Shown here: positions 1 through 12,025 of the stretch, piece by piece | Numbering within the stretch: the stretch's first letter is position 1 | Layout: the number at the start of each line of letters is the position of its first letter | Assembly: GCF_000743755.1 (NCBI RefSeq) | Contig: NW_014569454.1 | Location: 1 to 33,831 of the forward strand | Source of the DNA: Blastocystis sp. subtype 4 | Lineage: Eukaryota | DNA: 33,831 nucleotides | Direction: 5' to 3' | The notes under the pieces: model-generated | The model's database searches: none | What the model was told of the DNA's origin: nothing | Seen by the model: only the letters and a program-made list of their open reading frames with translations | Program-made: the position numbers and the translations under genes

Positions 1-90
1 ATTGCGAGTATTGGACGCCGACTCCGCAGTCTGAATGTGGTTGACAAGAAAGAGAAAGTGGAGTTCAGAAAGCATGGAGGTGAAGTGTAA
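1..90 (+). CDS. 3' end of an unidentified gene truncated by the window start (...IASIGRRLRSLNVVDKKEKVEFRKHGGEV*)
   Basis: Open frame 1 to TAA at 88-90, followed 4 nt later by TGATTGTT, a variant of the 3'-end motif. Confidence 0.4.
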   Translation: MASIGRRLRSLNVVDKKEKVEFRKHGGEV

Positions 91-158
91 GAATTGATTG
101 TTGGAGTGATGGATAGTCTGTATGTGCTGTAATAGTACGTGGTTTAGTGATTCCTTTG

Positions 159-610
159 TTAAGAAACACGATACTTACGACAGTAGTTCACGATGACGAT
201 CTCCTCATCAAACAGATCCGAAACATAGGTTTGACAAGCTAAGTGCATGCTACAGTATATCACAGTCCATTTCCTTACCCTTTTCCAGACTTCCCTTTTC
301 GGAGGAGCAATCCCTTTTCTTTTGTGGATTGGAGATATTGGTCATGAAGAGCATCGGATAGTTTCACAGCGCAAGCCCCGCAAACGCAGTTACCACCACA
401 AACACTACGAACAGGAACACCAGCACATTTCATGGCATCAAGAAGGGTCTGGTTTTCAGCAACATTAATCTTAGTATCCATTGTCTTGCCCGAAACATCG
501 GTAAACTTCACAGTGTACGATGCAGCTAACAGTTAATAGGATCTATATCAGCAACCTGAAAAACAGCGTTTTGGGATTCTAGCGACGGTTTGGAAGATGA
601 ATCGCTGCAT
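159..610 (-). CDS. [2Fe-2S] ferredoxin-like protein with mitochondrial/MRO presequence, 3 exons
   Basis: ATG at 610 gives MQRFIFQTVARIPKRCFS. Introns at 526-555 and ~250-278 join CGGNCVCGAC to HLACQ (RLxCQ-like). Genomic TAA at 159-161, but the stop may be made by poly(A) at 173. Confidence 0.8.
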
Positions 611-681
611 AAGATGGATAAGGAGAAACGAAACGGCATTTCGGTTGGTTACGAAGAAGGCTCAATCATTTCTTTAGATCG

Positions 682-1540
682 ATGCACAATGGAAACAAGG
701 TGGTATTTGGATTGAGTTTAGGCGGTTTTGTTTTTTATTCTGTGTATTATATGGTGAAGCGTCATTGGAAATGGTTTTCCTTCCGCCCCCAACTGAAAGA
801 CGACAAGAGAGTGAATCGTAGAGATTCTTTCATGAAAGTGATGTGTAGACGAAGAGAAGCCAAAACGTCATGTATGCTTCTCAAATGATGCTCCGATTGT
901 ATATACGCCTGTACATTTAATAGGAAGAATTGATTAACTAGATATATGAAGAACCTGAGGAAGAATCCTTTGTATCTGAATCAGTCGAAGAAGACAAGGA
1001 TCTCCTTCTTGATCATCAGCGTCTTGAGCGAGAAAAGAATTCTTCTTCAAGCAAGAGTCTTCCTTCCCTAAATCTCAATCGAAACCGTTCTTTTAGTGTA
1101 TGATTCTATGTTTGTGAGATTCAAAGCGTTTCTTATTCGTTTAGTTCGATTTTTGAAGATTACAAATATGTTCTCAGTGAATAGAGATAGTAATGATAAT
1201 GAGGTTTCTCCTGTAGATTTCAGTAGAAACAAAGAAATGGTGTGATTGCGTAGAAAAGAACGTATCTTCTTTGAATCCGTTTACAGGAAAAGAAATAAAA
1301 GCTGCTGAGAAGGGCTTATTCGTATCTACTGGAAGTGGCCTGTTTTCGAGAGATACAACTGAACCACCAGCTTCTATCTTCTCTAGGAAAGTAGAGACTG
1401 TTGGCAATTTGATGCAAGAAAGAAAAACTGTAGATTGGAGCAAAGCAAAGATAAATATCTCAAAAGAAACGATGGAAGTTGTTGAAATGGAGTGTAAAAT
1501 GAATCCAGAGTATAGCGAGAAGTATTCGAAATTAGATTGA
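682..1540 (+). CDS. Hypothetical multi-exon protein with N-terminal hydrophobic segment; exon structure uncertain
   Basis: ORF pieces 682-888, ~945-1100 and 1271-1540 are separated by short GT..AG segments. No recognisable family. Confidence 0.35.
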
Positions 1541-1615
1541 AGAATGATACTGTACCATAGATGGGATTGTTGAATACCATGAACAATATTTGGATATTTG
1601 TTTCTTCTTAGAATC

Positions 1616-2301
1616 ATGTCTGAAGTCAGTTCAAAGAAACGAAACCACCAATCGAAAACAGAACGAATCTTGGATGTATTTCAATGAATTGGAATGATCA
1701 TGTAGCAATACCACAAGTATCGTGATCTAAGTGAGAAGAAACGCAAGCTGATGGAAGAAACGTTGTATTTGAGTAGAAAGATAATATATAGGAACAAAAA
1801 GAAGGAGGATGTGGAGGATTCGAAGCCCGAAGTGATTGAAACCAGTACCAAAGAAGTAAAAGAGTTAGATAGTATATATATAATGATTATATAGAAAAAA
1901 GAAACCGCATCGAGAAAAGAAGAAGAAGACGCAGGAATCTGAAACGACTAAAGAAGAGGAGTCGACTATAAAAGAGGAAGAAATCAAACCGGAAGATGGT
2001 ATCCCTCCTGCTGTTGAGTACTTGCGTCAGTGGCATTCAGATCCATCTAATTGGAAATTCAAGAAGAATCGTCAAACATGGCTGTTAAAACATGTATTCA
2101 ACCCAAAGGTTCTCGGAAAGGACGATTTCAAACTGTTTCTTGCGTATGTGAATGGAATGCAAGGAAGGAGTAGAGAAGATTTATTGGAAAGAGCGAAAAA
2201 GATGGATACCGAGATTGTGGTTACTGATAAGAAAGATGAAAAGAGTACAATTGAACGGATTCAAAAGAATCGTGCTCATACACTAATTGAACGATATGGT
2301 T
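1616..2301 (+). CDS. WKF-domain protein (C7orf50/YCR016W-like) with Lys/Glu-rich N-terminus
   Basis: ATG 1616 and three 27-31-nt introns keep the frame into EYLRQW...WKFKKNRQTWLLKHVF...YVNGMQG. Probable poly(A)-made stop at 2301; genomic TAG at 2313-2315. Confidence 0.8.
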
Positions 2302-2305
2302 TGAG

Positions 2306-2313
2306 TGTTTGTT
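2306..2313 (+). terminator. TGTTTGTT 3'-end processing motif of the WKF gene
   Basis: Exact motif, 4 nt after in-frame T at 2301. Confidence 0.75.
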
Positions 2314-2346
2314 AGAAAACATGCCTCCACACATCATAAAGCCACA

Positions 2347-2804
2347 TTAAAAATCATAACATCTTCCCTTAATCTCCCAGTCACCATAGCGAGTAGGCTC
2401 AGCTCCAATAAAGCATCCTCTGGGAGGATTCCATTCACCGGTTTTCGGATCAATCTAGAAATTACTAGGATCATAGAGCCAAACCATAGGAACATAATCC
2501 TCTTCTTCTAACTCGAAAGGATAATCATCACCCTTCAACTTCAATTCGGGTTTCCCCTGCTTCTCTAAGTTCTTCTTCTCCATCAGATCATCGAATTCCT
2601 ATGTAAAACCAACCCAAAACTCGTTACCTTGGACTTTGGGCAATTCGCTTCATCGGGTTCATCCAAGTCCTATAAATAACAAAACAACAAAACACCAACC
2701 TTTTCAAAGGGACTTACCGAGAATAGTCTTCGACATGCAATGACAGAAGGAAGATTGGAAGCAACGACCGATCGGATAATGCAATTCGATACACGAGCTA
2801 ACAT
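2347..2804 (-). CDS. SDHAF4: Succinate dehydrogenase assembly factor 4 (Sdh8/DUF1674), 4 exons, absent from the ORF track
   Basis: Spliced product has presequence MLARVSNCIIRSVVASNLPSVIACRRLFS and ends IDPKTGEWNPPRGCFIGAEPTRYGDWEIKGRCYDF*, the family's C-terminal signature. Confidence 0.85.
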
Positions 2805-2954
2805 GATCAAAGATGGAAGAATAATAACAATACGAAAGATGGAAGAAATCTGCTCTTTTTTTGGAATATGGCTTCGATCTTACGTATCTATTAAACAACT
2901 AGATCAATGTTTTCATCGATATGCAAAGTGTGATGCTCCATTCTTGTATGGAGA

Positions 2955-3200
2955 GAGTAAAAAGAAGGCTATGAAGGTAACGAATGTATACGCTACTGTC
3001 ATTTATATACCTCCTAGTAGAGCTGCTGGAGCGATTCTTGATGCTGTATGCAGACGACAACCTATGGACTGGTTCAGTCACCTGTTGTGGGTATTGGAGG
3101 TGATCCTTTCAACGGTACTAACTTCATTAATTGTCTAAAGTGTTTCACGAACGATCCTCAGACAGAAGATTGTGGATACTCCTGTTATGATTGGAGAGGC
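2955..3200 (+). pseudogene. Degenerate fragment of succinyl-CoA synthetase alpha subunit (SUCLG1/sucD-like)
   Basis: [19 protein letters not shown] and [39 protein letters not shown]...VMIGE match two non-adjacent parts of SCS-alpha, joined by a frameshift. No N- or C-terminus. Confidence 0.75.
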
Positions 3201-3621
3201 TATATTCAATTTGATGATGGTTGCGGGAATGGTCTAAGTTTATGAACAATGCTTTGTTTATTCATAATTCCTTTCTTACCATTTGTTTAACGATATCTGA
3301 CAACACATGTGTCACTTTGAGAACGAAATGAGATATTCTCAGAGAATAACACTAACTGGTTAGTTTGAAATGAATAAGACTAAAGGATAGGGGTATTATT
3401 TAGAATCCTACTAAGAATAATGGTTATGATATCTTACCCCCTAGGGATTTTGTAAAGGCTTCTTGAAAACCCAATTATTCGCACCATTAGTATCTAAGTA
3501 AGTTTGCTTCTGATTCATCTACACTTGTTTGGGGAATTGAACTATTGGAAAGGGAATTGCTGGAGATGGGAGTGTTTTTGTGTTGAAACCTTTGATTTGG
3601 TTTCTAATTTTACTGTAGACA

Positions 3622-4095
3622 ATGCCTCACGCTAACGGATATCGTGCACGTACTCGCCACATGTTCAAGAGAGACTTCCGTGATCATGGAGTTATCCCTC
3701 TCTCTACTTACATGCGTTGTTACAAGTATGGAGACTATGTCGATATTAAGGCCAATGGCTCCATCCATAAGGGTATGCCTTTCAAGGGTTACCACGGACG
3801 CACTGGAGTGGTATTTGATGTGACTAAGACTGCTGTGGGTGTGGAGGTGAACAAGCAGGTGAGAAATCGCATCATCAAGAAGAGAATCCATGTGAAGGTT
3901 GAGCATGTGAGACCTTCAAAGTGCAGAATGGAGCATCTGAACCGCGTAAAGAAGAACGAGGCCATCAAGCGTGAGAACAAGGGAGAGAAGGTGTGTCTGA
4001 AGAGAATCCCCGCTCAACCTCGTGCTTGCCACACTGTGGTTCCTACCAAGCCCATCAAGACTGTGTACGTTCTCCCTTACGAGATTCTGGCCTAA
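3622..4095 (+). CDS. RPL21: 60S ribosomal protein L21 (eL21), intronless
   Basis: [10 protein letters not shown]...[13 protein letters not shown]...[15 protein letters not shown]; strong codon bias. Confidence 0.97.
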   Translation: MPHANGYRARTRHMFKRDFRDHGVIPLSTYMRCYKYGDYVDIKANGSIHKGMPFKGYHGRTGVVFDVTKTAVGVEVNKQVRNRIIKKRIHVKVEHVRPSKCRMEHLNRVKKNEAIKRENKGEKVCLKRIPAQPRACHTVVPTKPIKTVYVLPYEILA

Positions 4096-4250
4096 GGAGA
4101 GATTGATGTTGAACGTGGTGCATAGGTTGTTTTTTTCATTACAGAAGAATGTAATTTATTTTCATTGAAAGGTTGACCCCTCTTCGTTGGGTTGTCAAAT
4201 TGACAAGTGAATTGACAGTGTTTCTCACAATTAATCTATCCTTCGGATAA

Positions 4251-7200
4251 ATGACTAACGATTATGAACCTATCGCCATTGTCGGTATGGGAGTAAGAGT
4301 TCCAGAGGCCGATGATGTTGATGACTTCTGGAGAATCATGGAGGAGAAGCGGGACATGACACGAGAAATTCCGAAAGAACGTTTTAACTCAGAGTTTTGG
4401 TGTAGTAAGGAGAAGATGAAAGGAAGTTCTGTAGGAATAATGGAGGGAATTCATTAACTGTAGATCTCCTTTCGTGGTGGATTTATAGATAATATTAGAG
4501 ACTTTGATGCACCGTTTTTCAATCTCAGTGCGAATGAAGCACGAGAACTAGATCCTCAGATTCGTTTACTCTTGGAAACAGCTTGGTTCGCTATGGAAGA
4601 TGCAAGTATAGTTCTTTCAGATGCAACGACGAATGGTGGTGTGTTCATTGGCCACATGACTCATGTTGGATTTGGATTTCGGTTTTATACTTAGGACTAC
4701 ATGGAAGTATTGAGTGGAAGTCGTTACAACATCAATTCTCACTGTATGCAGGGGAATGCCGAGACAATGGCATCCAATCGACTCAGCTACTTCTTTAATT
4801 TGGAGGGTCCTTCTGTTACTTACAACACTGCATGCTCTTCGTCTCTAGTGGCCATTCACTCAGCTGTGCGTGCAATTCAGAATGGTGAATGCAAGTGGGC
4901 AATCGCTGGAGGTGCGAATGCTTTGTTGGATCCTCGCTACTTTGTTGGTAAATGTGAATTGGATGTCTAAGAAGTAGGTTTTTCAGATTGGGGTACTATG
5001 TCTCCTGATGGTCATTCATTTTCCTTCGATTCCCGTGCAAATGGATATGTGCGTTGTGAAGGAGCTGGAATCGTTGTCTTGAAATCATTGAGTGATGCAG
5101 AGAAGGCTGGAGATCGAATCTACGCTGTAATTCGTGGAAGTGGTGTGAACCATGATGGTAACAAGCCTGCAATCACCAACCCTCGCCAAGCCACACAGCA
5201 ACGACTAATCGAGAGAGTATGCAAGGAAGCTCAGATCGACCCTTCCACGATTGTGTATTCGGAGGCTCATGGAACAGGAACTACGGCTGGTGATAAGACT
5301 GAGGCTGCAGCTTTAAGTGGAGCGTTATGTCAGGAGAAGCGAGATAAGCCTTTGTTGGTAGGCTCATTAAAGTCGAATTTTGGGCACATGGAAGGGGCAG
5401 CAGGTGTTGCTTCTCTTATCAAAGGAGCTCTGTGTGTGTGGCATGGTGTGATTCCTGCTACAATCAAGGTGAAGGAGCCATCTCCTTCAATTCAGTGGGA
5501 GAAGTGGAAACTAGCGTTGCCTCTGGAAACCCAAAAGTTCCCTACATCATCGACTCCTCGTCGTGTCACTGTCAGCTCGTTCGGTATCGGAGGAACTAAT
5601 GCTTGTTTCATTCTGGAGGAGCCACCAAAGCAAACAATCAAGCAGATAGAGTCAGGAAATGTATCTTCACAATACGTTCTTACGTGGACAGCAAAGACAG
5701 AATCGGCACTGAAGACGATGGCTGGACAGCTTCTAACACTCTGGAAAAGTGAGAGCGATCCAATGGAACGACATTCAATCTGCTGGACACTTAGTCATTG
5801 TCGTACTCTGTTGCCAGAACGAGCTGCTATTACTGGAACTGCAGAACAAGTGGAGAAGGCTTTAGAGCAAGTGGTTCAAGGTGATATGACAACAAGTGTG
5901 ATTCGAGGAACTGCACTGGAGACTGGTCAACGACCTATTGCTCTGGTGTTCTGTGGACAGGGAGCACAGTGGAAAGGCATGGGTTCTGAGTGTCAGAACC
6001 TAATGCCAGTGTACTGGAAGTCCTTACAACGATGTGCTGAAGTAGTGAAAAAGTTAGGGGGATGGGATTTGATAGCCAGCATCAACAGTGACGAAGTGAA
6101 TGGAACCCGAGTATCACAGCCAGCTACAACTGCTGTTCAGATTGCTCTTGTTGATCAGCTATGTGCATGGGGCATGAAGTTTGCAGCGACAGTCGGTCAT
6201 TCCTCAGGAGAGATTGGAGCAGCTTATGCAGCAGGAGCAGTGACTCTGGAAGAAGCTATGGAACTGGCTTTCTATCGAGGAAGCACAATTGATAAGTACT
6301 CACCTAAGAATGGTGGAATGGCTGCTGTAGGCTTAACAGAGGCAGAGATAACTCCAATACTTGAGAAGTATCCTGATTTGGTGATTGCATGTTACAATTC
6401 TCCTTCAGCTCTGACAATAAGTGGAGATAAGAATCAAATCGATCAACTGTGTGAAGAGCTCCAAGCTCAGGGTTTATTCTGTCGTCGTCTGGTGGTTACA
6501 CACGCCTTCCATTCGCCATTCATGGCTCCTGCTATGCCTGCGTATAAGGAAGCCATTAAGAAGATTCATGGTCGATCGCTTTGTTGCCGTGTATTCTCCT
6601 CATTACGCGGATGTGAACTCACTGATCCATCACAGCTTGATGCCCAGTATTTCGTTGAGAATCTAACTTCTCCCGTGAGATTCCCTGATGCTGTAAGTGC
6701 TCTATCAGAAGCATTTCCAAATGCTACGTATGTGGAAATTGGTCCTCATCCGTCTCTCCAGCGTCCACTTCTCCAATGTCTGCAAGGACAGGAAGGCATT
6801 CGAGGTCGTGTTGCTGGAACTCTTGACAGGCGGATGAGTACTGAAGAAGCAATTCGAAGAAGTGTAGCCAGTCTGTTTACAGCAGGTGCTTTCACAATCC
6901 CTGCTTCATTCTATTCATCATTCCATTGTCATAGCAAGCTTCCTCATTACCCATTCGAACGGAAGACTTTATGGTTGGAGAGTGAGAATTCATATCGATT
7001 CCGATACGCTCAGATTGATCATCCTATTCTTGGAGTACGTCAAATTGCTCCAATCCCTACATGGGAATGTGATTTGTCATGTGAACGAGAACAGTGGTTG
7101 AAAGACCATGTGATTTCAGGATCATGTTTGGCTCCTGGAGCATTGTATCTGGATACAGCCATTGCTGCTGCTTGTGCATGTTGGGACTCTCAACAGTGTA

Positions 7201-10200
7201 CGTTAACTGACTGTATGTTCCTACAGGCTCTCATTCTTCCTGAGAAAGGATATGTGACCATTCGAACTACACTGGATCCAGAGACAGGGGAGTTACTGTT
7301 GTATCATCGTGATGCTCCTGAAGATGTTACTAAAGCTTTCAGTGAGGATGAGACGCGACGTTGGGTTCTTCATTTCCGTTGTTATGCGAAGCCTGAACCT
7401 GAAGTCTGGTTGGAGACCCAAGCTAGCAAGGTACTGAGAGAAGTTGAGACAGACGCACGTTGTGAAGTGCCGGTTGAGCCATTGTACTATAGTCTACAGA
7501 AGAAGGGATTAGAGTTTGGACCTCAGTTCCATTCATTGGAGAAGATTCATGTTGGTCAAGACATGGCTCTATGTGATGTGAAGGATACTGTGTTGGGAGT
7601 TCATTCAGATTCCCGTGGGAAGTACCATGTACATCCAGCTCTATTGGATGCGATCTTCCAATCGTTGATTGGTCTTCTAGGAGATGAAGTACGAGGAAGT
7701 ATCCCTCGATCAATTCAAACACTCACATACAATGGTTCTGCAGCGTTGACAGAGCAACCAGTTAGAATTTGTACCAAACGAGTCCATATCCCTGGCTTAC
7801 CTTTGGCAGGAGATGTGTGGATGCTTCGTGGAGATCAAGCATGTATAAGCTGTCGTGGTGTGCAAGTTGTGGAATTACAAGGAGGTGGCGAAACAGCAAT
7901 GTTGAGTGAAATACGTTGGGCAGAAGTGACTGAGACACCAAACCAAATACGAAAGAAGGTTGCTATCTGTGAATGTGAATGTGAAATGACTGAGATCGTT
8001 AGTTCTGTTGGATCCATGGTCCCACTGAATATGCTTGGTTCAACGCATGCCGATGTCCTTCTGTTGCCAGTTGATCTGAAGCAAGACTCACTAATCACTT
8101 CTTATTCTCATACACTCTATCCATGGATCAAGAACTGGATGACTTCCAGCAAACTCCCTCTTCTGATTGTAACTCGTGGTGCCTTGCTAACTAGTTCGGT
8201 TCCTACCAACTCATCACTTCTTGGATTTGCACGTAGTGTTCATGCAGAAGCTCCTGAGAAACCTCTGATGTTTGTTGATCTTGACGCTTCATCTTCTCCT
8301 GAGCAACAGACAATGGATTTAAAGGAGATTCTACAATGGCCTCTGGAGAGCTATCGTGAGGTGTCTCGTTGTGGTTCGTGTTGGTATGAACCTCAAGTGC
8401 AACCTCTGGAAGTGAAGGATCCATTGTATGCAGAGCCAGAAGTGGATCGTTGGTCACTACAACAGCGTCAAGAAGGTAGTTTGGATAGTTACAAACGATG
8501 TGAGATTGATGAACGAGTGTTGGGAGATGATGACGTGAGAATGAAAGTCTATTACGCTGGTCTAAATTACAAGGATGTGATGATTGCAATTGGACTATTG
8601 AAGGGAGATGCCTTTGCAGGAGGTCGATCTGGATTGCATATTGGATTAGAAGCCAGTGGAGTTGTTGAAGCTGTTGGTAAGAATGTTACACATGTGAAGG
8701 TTGGTGACCAAGTATTTGGCTTGTTGGATCGTGGATTGGCTACACATTCTGTTACAGAAGGATGTTACGTATACCGAAAGCCTTCAACAGTCACATTAGA
8801 ACAAGCAGCCTGTCTATTTGTTCCATATACCACAGCTTATGCCACAGTAGTAGATGTTGGGAAGATCACTTCTGGTCAAACAGTACTCATTCATGGTGCT
8901 GCTGGAGGTGTGGGATCTGCTGCTGTTCAACTGGCTCATAACGTTGGTTGTACTGTGATTGCAACTGTGAGTAATAAGAAGAAGGAGGAATATGTACGCC
9001 GATTGGGAGCCCAGTACGTGTTCAATTCTCGTTCATGTTCCTTTGCATCCGATGTGATGGAAGCCACAGGAGGTCGTGGATGTGACCTGATTCTGAATTG
9101 CTTGTCTGGTCGTTCAATGCAAGCTTCTATTCGTCTCTTAGCTCCATTTGGCCGATTTATTGAAATTGGAAAGACGGATGCCATGGCGAGACATCGTATT
9201 GGGGTTCATGAATTACTGGAGAATGGTACGTACGTGTTCTTCGATACAGATCGATACTTCCAGAAGCAGGATACAACAGTCCGTTGGGTTCGAGAGATGA
9301 CAGCCTTAGTGGAAAAGGGGGTACTTCAGGTACGAATTAGGAGAATGAGTAATCTATAGGCACCACCTACAGAGGTATTCCCTCTAAAGAGCATGGGTCA
9401 AGCTATTCGTCGTCTGTCTGCTGGAAAACACATTGGTAAGGTACTACTTCAGTTCTGTGATCAGAATGGAACATTGCTGCCTTCCTGTAAGCAAATTCCG
9501 TTCATTCCTTCTTCGTATTGTCGTGCTGATGCTTCCTATCTCCTGGTTGGAGGAACTGGAGGCCTGGGAGTCACAGTTGCTTCATGGCTGGCTGATCATG
9601 GAGCACGTCACATTCTGTTAGTGAGTCGTTCAGGTAAGGTTCATGCTACGGATCAACTCATGCTTAATCGAGTGATTCGCCAAGGAGTTGAGGTGACTGT
9701 GAAAAGTGTTGATGCAACAGACAAGGAACGACTTACGGAATGTCTGGATGAGTATCAATCAACTCATCCTTCTATTCGAGGTGTTATGCACACAGCAATG
9801 GTCCTTCGAGATGGACTCATTCATTCACTGAATGAGAATGATATTGAAACCTCACTTGCTGTGAAGGTGACAGCAGGATGGAATCTTCATGAATACTTCC
9901 TGAATAGATCACCTCTGGATCTGTTCATCGTATTCTCCTCTGTATCAGCTCTTATTGGAAACCTAGGACAATCAAACTATGCTGCTGGAAATACCTACCT
10001 GGAAGGGTTGATGGCACATCGACGCTCTCAGGGACTCGTTGGAACCTCATTGGTACTGGGAGGTGTGTATGATGCTGGTGCTGTTGCTCGAAACACAACA
10101 ATTCTCAATAAGACATTACGTGATCAGATGGTTTCAAAGACAGATGTGTTACAAGCTCTCGAAGTTGTTGTGCAACGACAGGCATGGTTACAGGAGACAG

Positions 10201-11981
10201 ATCCTCTTCATGGTGAAACAACTGAATCCCCACGGGAAATCATTGTTTTCCCATTTGACCGAAGTTCGTTAGCTGATGTACCAGTCTTGCGTACACTTCG
10301 CTGGTCGTTAGCATCTTCAGCAGCCAAGGCAGAAGCTCTCCTTCAGCAGGTGGCTCAACTGCCTCCATCAGAACGATCTGAAGCTGTGTTGCGTGGAGTG
10401 AAAGAAGACATAGCAACAATTCTTGGACTGGAAGCGAGCTCATTGAGAAGCGATCAGCCACTATCCTCGTTGGGAATCGATTCAATTCTTGCTGTTGAAT
10501 TGAAGAACAAGCTAGATATTCAGTGGCAAATGACTCTCCCAGTGTTCGAGCTCACATCAGGCAAGACAGTTGGAGATTTGGCTGAAACAGTGTGTGCTCA
10601 CATCGAGAAGGTAGCTGGTTCGATTCAGACACCAGCAACAGAGAAAGTAACAAGTGAATGCAAACTATGGCGAGTGGAAGATTTGACAAAGCGGTCTCAC
10701 TCTGGAGTGAGTTATGAAGACGCAGCCTTTGCTGCGTACGGAAAGCTGAAGAATCAGCTCTCTATCTCAATTGATTTTGCTGAACGATTTGATTGGACAC
10801 AGACACGTGAATCAGTTGAGATGGGCTTGTATCTCTCACAGTTACCCTGGAATCCGTATTTCTTCACTCAAGAGAAACTAACAGCCACTGTGTCGAACAT
10901 CGAAGGATACACGAACTGTGTGAACTATACTGCTTATGACTATCTTGGATTGTGTACTGCTGATGAAGTCAAGCAGGCTGCAAAGAAGGCTATTGAAGAA
11001 TATGGAACTTCTGTTAGTGCTTCAAGATTAGCGGGAGGGCAGATACCTCTTCACAATCAACTAGAGCAAGAGATTGCTTCATTCCTGGGTGTTGAATCAG
11101 CAATTGTGATGCTTGGAGGACACACATGTAACCTGAATACACTGAAGTGTCTGATGAATCGTAAGGACCTCGTCGTGTATGATGAATTGGCTCATAATTC
11201 TATCATGGAAGGAGCGGCATATTGTGGAGCTGCACGTATGGCATTCCGTCATAATGATTGGTGTGATTTGGAACGAATTCTTAGTCGTTATCGTCATGAG
11301 TATGAGAAGGTGATGATATGTGTTGAAGGAGTGTATTCGATGGATGGCGATATTCCTGATCTCCAGCAATTCGTTCGCATAAAACAGAGATTCAACTGTA
11401 TTCTCTTTGTTGATGAAGCTCACAGCATTGGAGTGTTAGGAGCGACAGGACGTGGTCTGAGTGAACATTGTGGGATTGACCCAACATTGGTTGATTTGTG
11501 GATGGGTTCACTTGGTAAAGCCTTTGCTTCTGCTGGAGGATACATTGCCGGAAGTAAGGAAGCTATCCAGATTCTGCGTTATCGTGCTCCTGGATTCGTG
11601 TACTCAATTGGTATGCCTCCTTCTGCTGCCGCTGCAGCTTTGGAAGCATTCAAGCTAGCGAAAACTGAACTGTGGCGTATCAAACAGTTGCGTGAGCGTA
11701 CTGAGCTCTTCAAGGCATTGTGTGAGAAAGCTGGAGTTGACATTCTGAACAGTCGACATAGTGCTTCAGCTGTGATTCCAGTGATGTGTGGATCTACAGA
11801 ACGATGTATTGAAATAATGAAGCGTCTACGTGAGAATCGTGTTTTGGTGAGTGCTGGTATGTATCCAGCAGTAGCTGCAGGTCAAGCAAGATTGCGATTC
11901 TTTGTGAATGCTAACCATACTGAAGACGAGATTCGGATGACGGTAGCATCGATTGTTAAGTGTCTAAAGGAGACAGCATAA
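4251..11981 (+). CDS. Reducing type I polyketide synthase KS-AT-DH-ER-KR-ACP fused to a C-terminal PLP-dependent alpha-oxoamine synthase (AONS/SPT-like), ~2535 aa
   Basis: Introns 4431-4463, 4665-4694, 4948-4977 and 9330-9359 join the pieces in frame. Motifs: KS TACSSS (Cys 4833), [23 protein letters not shown] (6201), [59 protein letters not shown] (Ser 10482); AOS SMDGD, DEAHS, SLGKA (Lys 11517). Confidence 0.93.
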
Positions 11982-12013
11982 ACTAGACATCTGTGTTCTT
12001 CTGTTTGATAGAT

Positions 12014-12021
12014 AACAAACA
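12014..12021 (-). terminator. TGTTTGTT 3'-end processing motif of the cathepsin Z-like gene
   Basis: Exact motif, 4 nt after in-frame T at 12026. Confidence 0.8.
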
Positions 12022-12025
12022 CATG

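Noticed and set aside
2740..3138. 132-aa plus-strand ORF as a real gene
   Set aside because: Composite of the SDHAF4 antisense region, spacer and part of the SCS-alpha relic.
3246..3621. Short palindromes and telo-box-like words upstream of RPL21, possible ncRNA or mobile-element end
   Set aside because: Matches are short and imperfect; no terminal repeats or convincing structure.
4251..9393. PKS split into several ORFs, suggesting frameshifts or a pseudogene
   Set aside because: Each break is a 30-33-nt GT-AG intron whose removal restores the frame and conserved motifs.
4251..11981. Bacterial contamination explaining the PKS
   Set aside because: It carries host-type short spliceosomal introns and lies between eukaryotic RPL21 and cathepsin genes.
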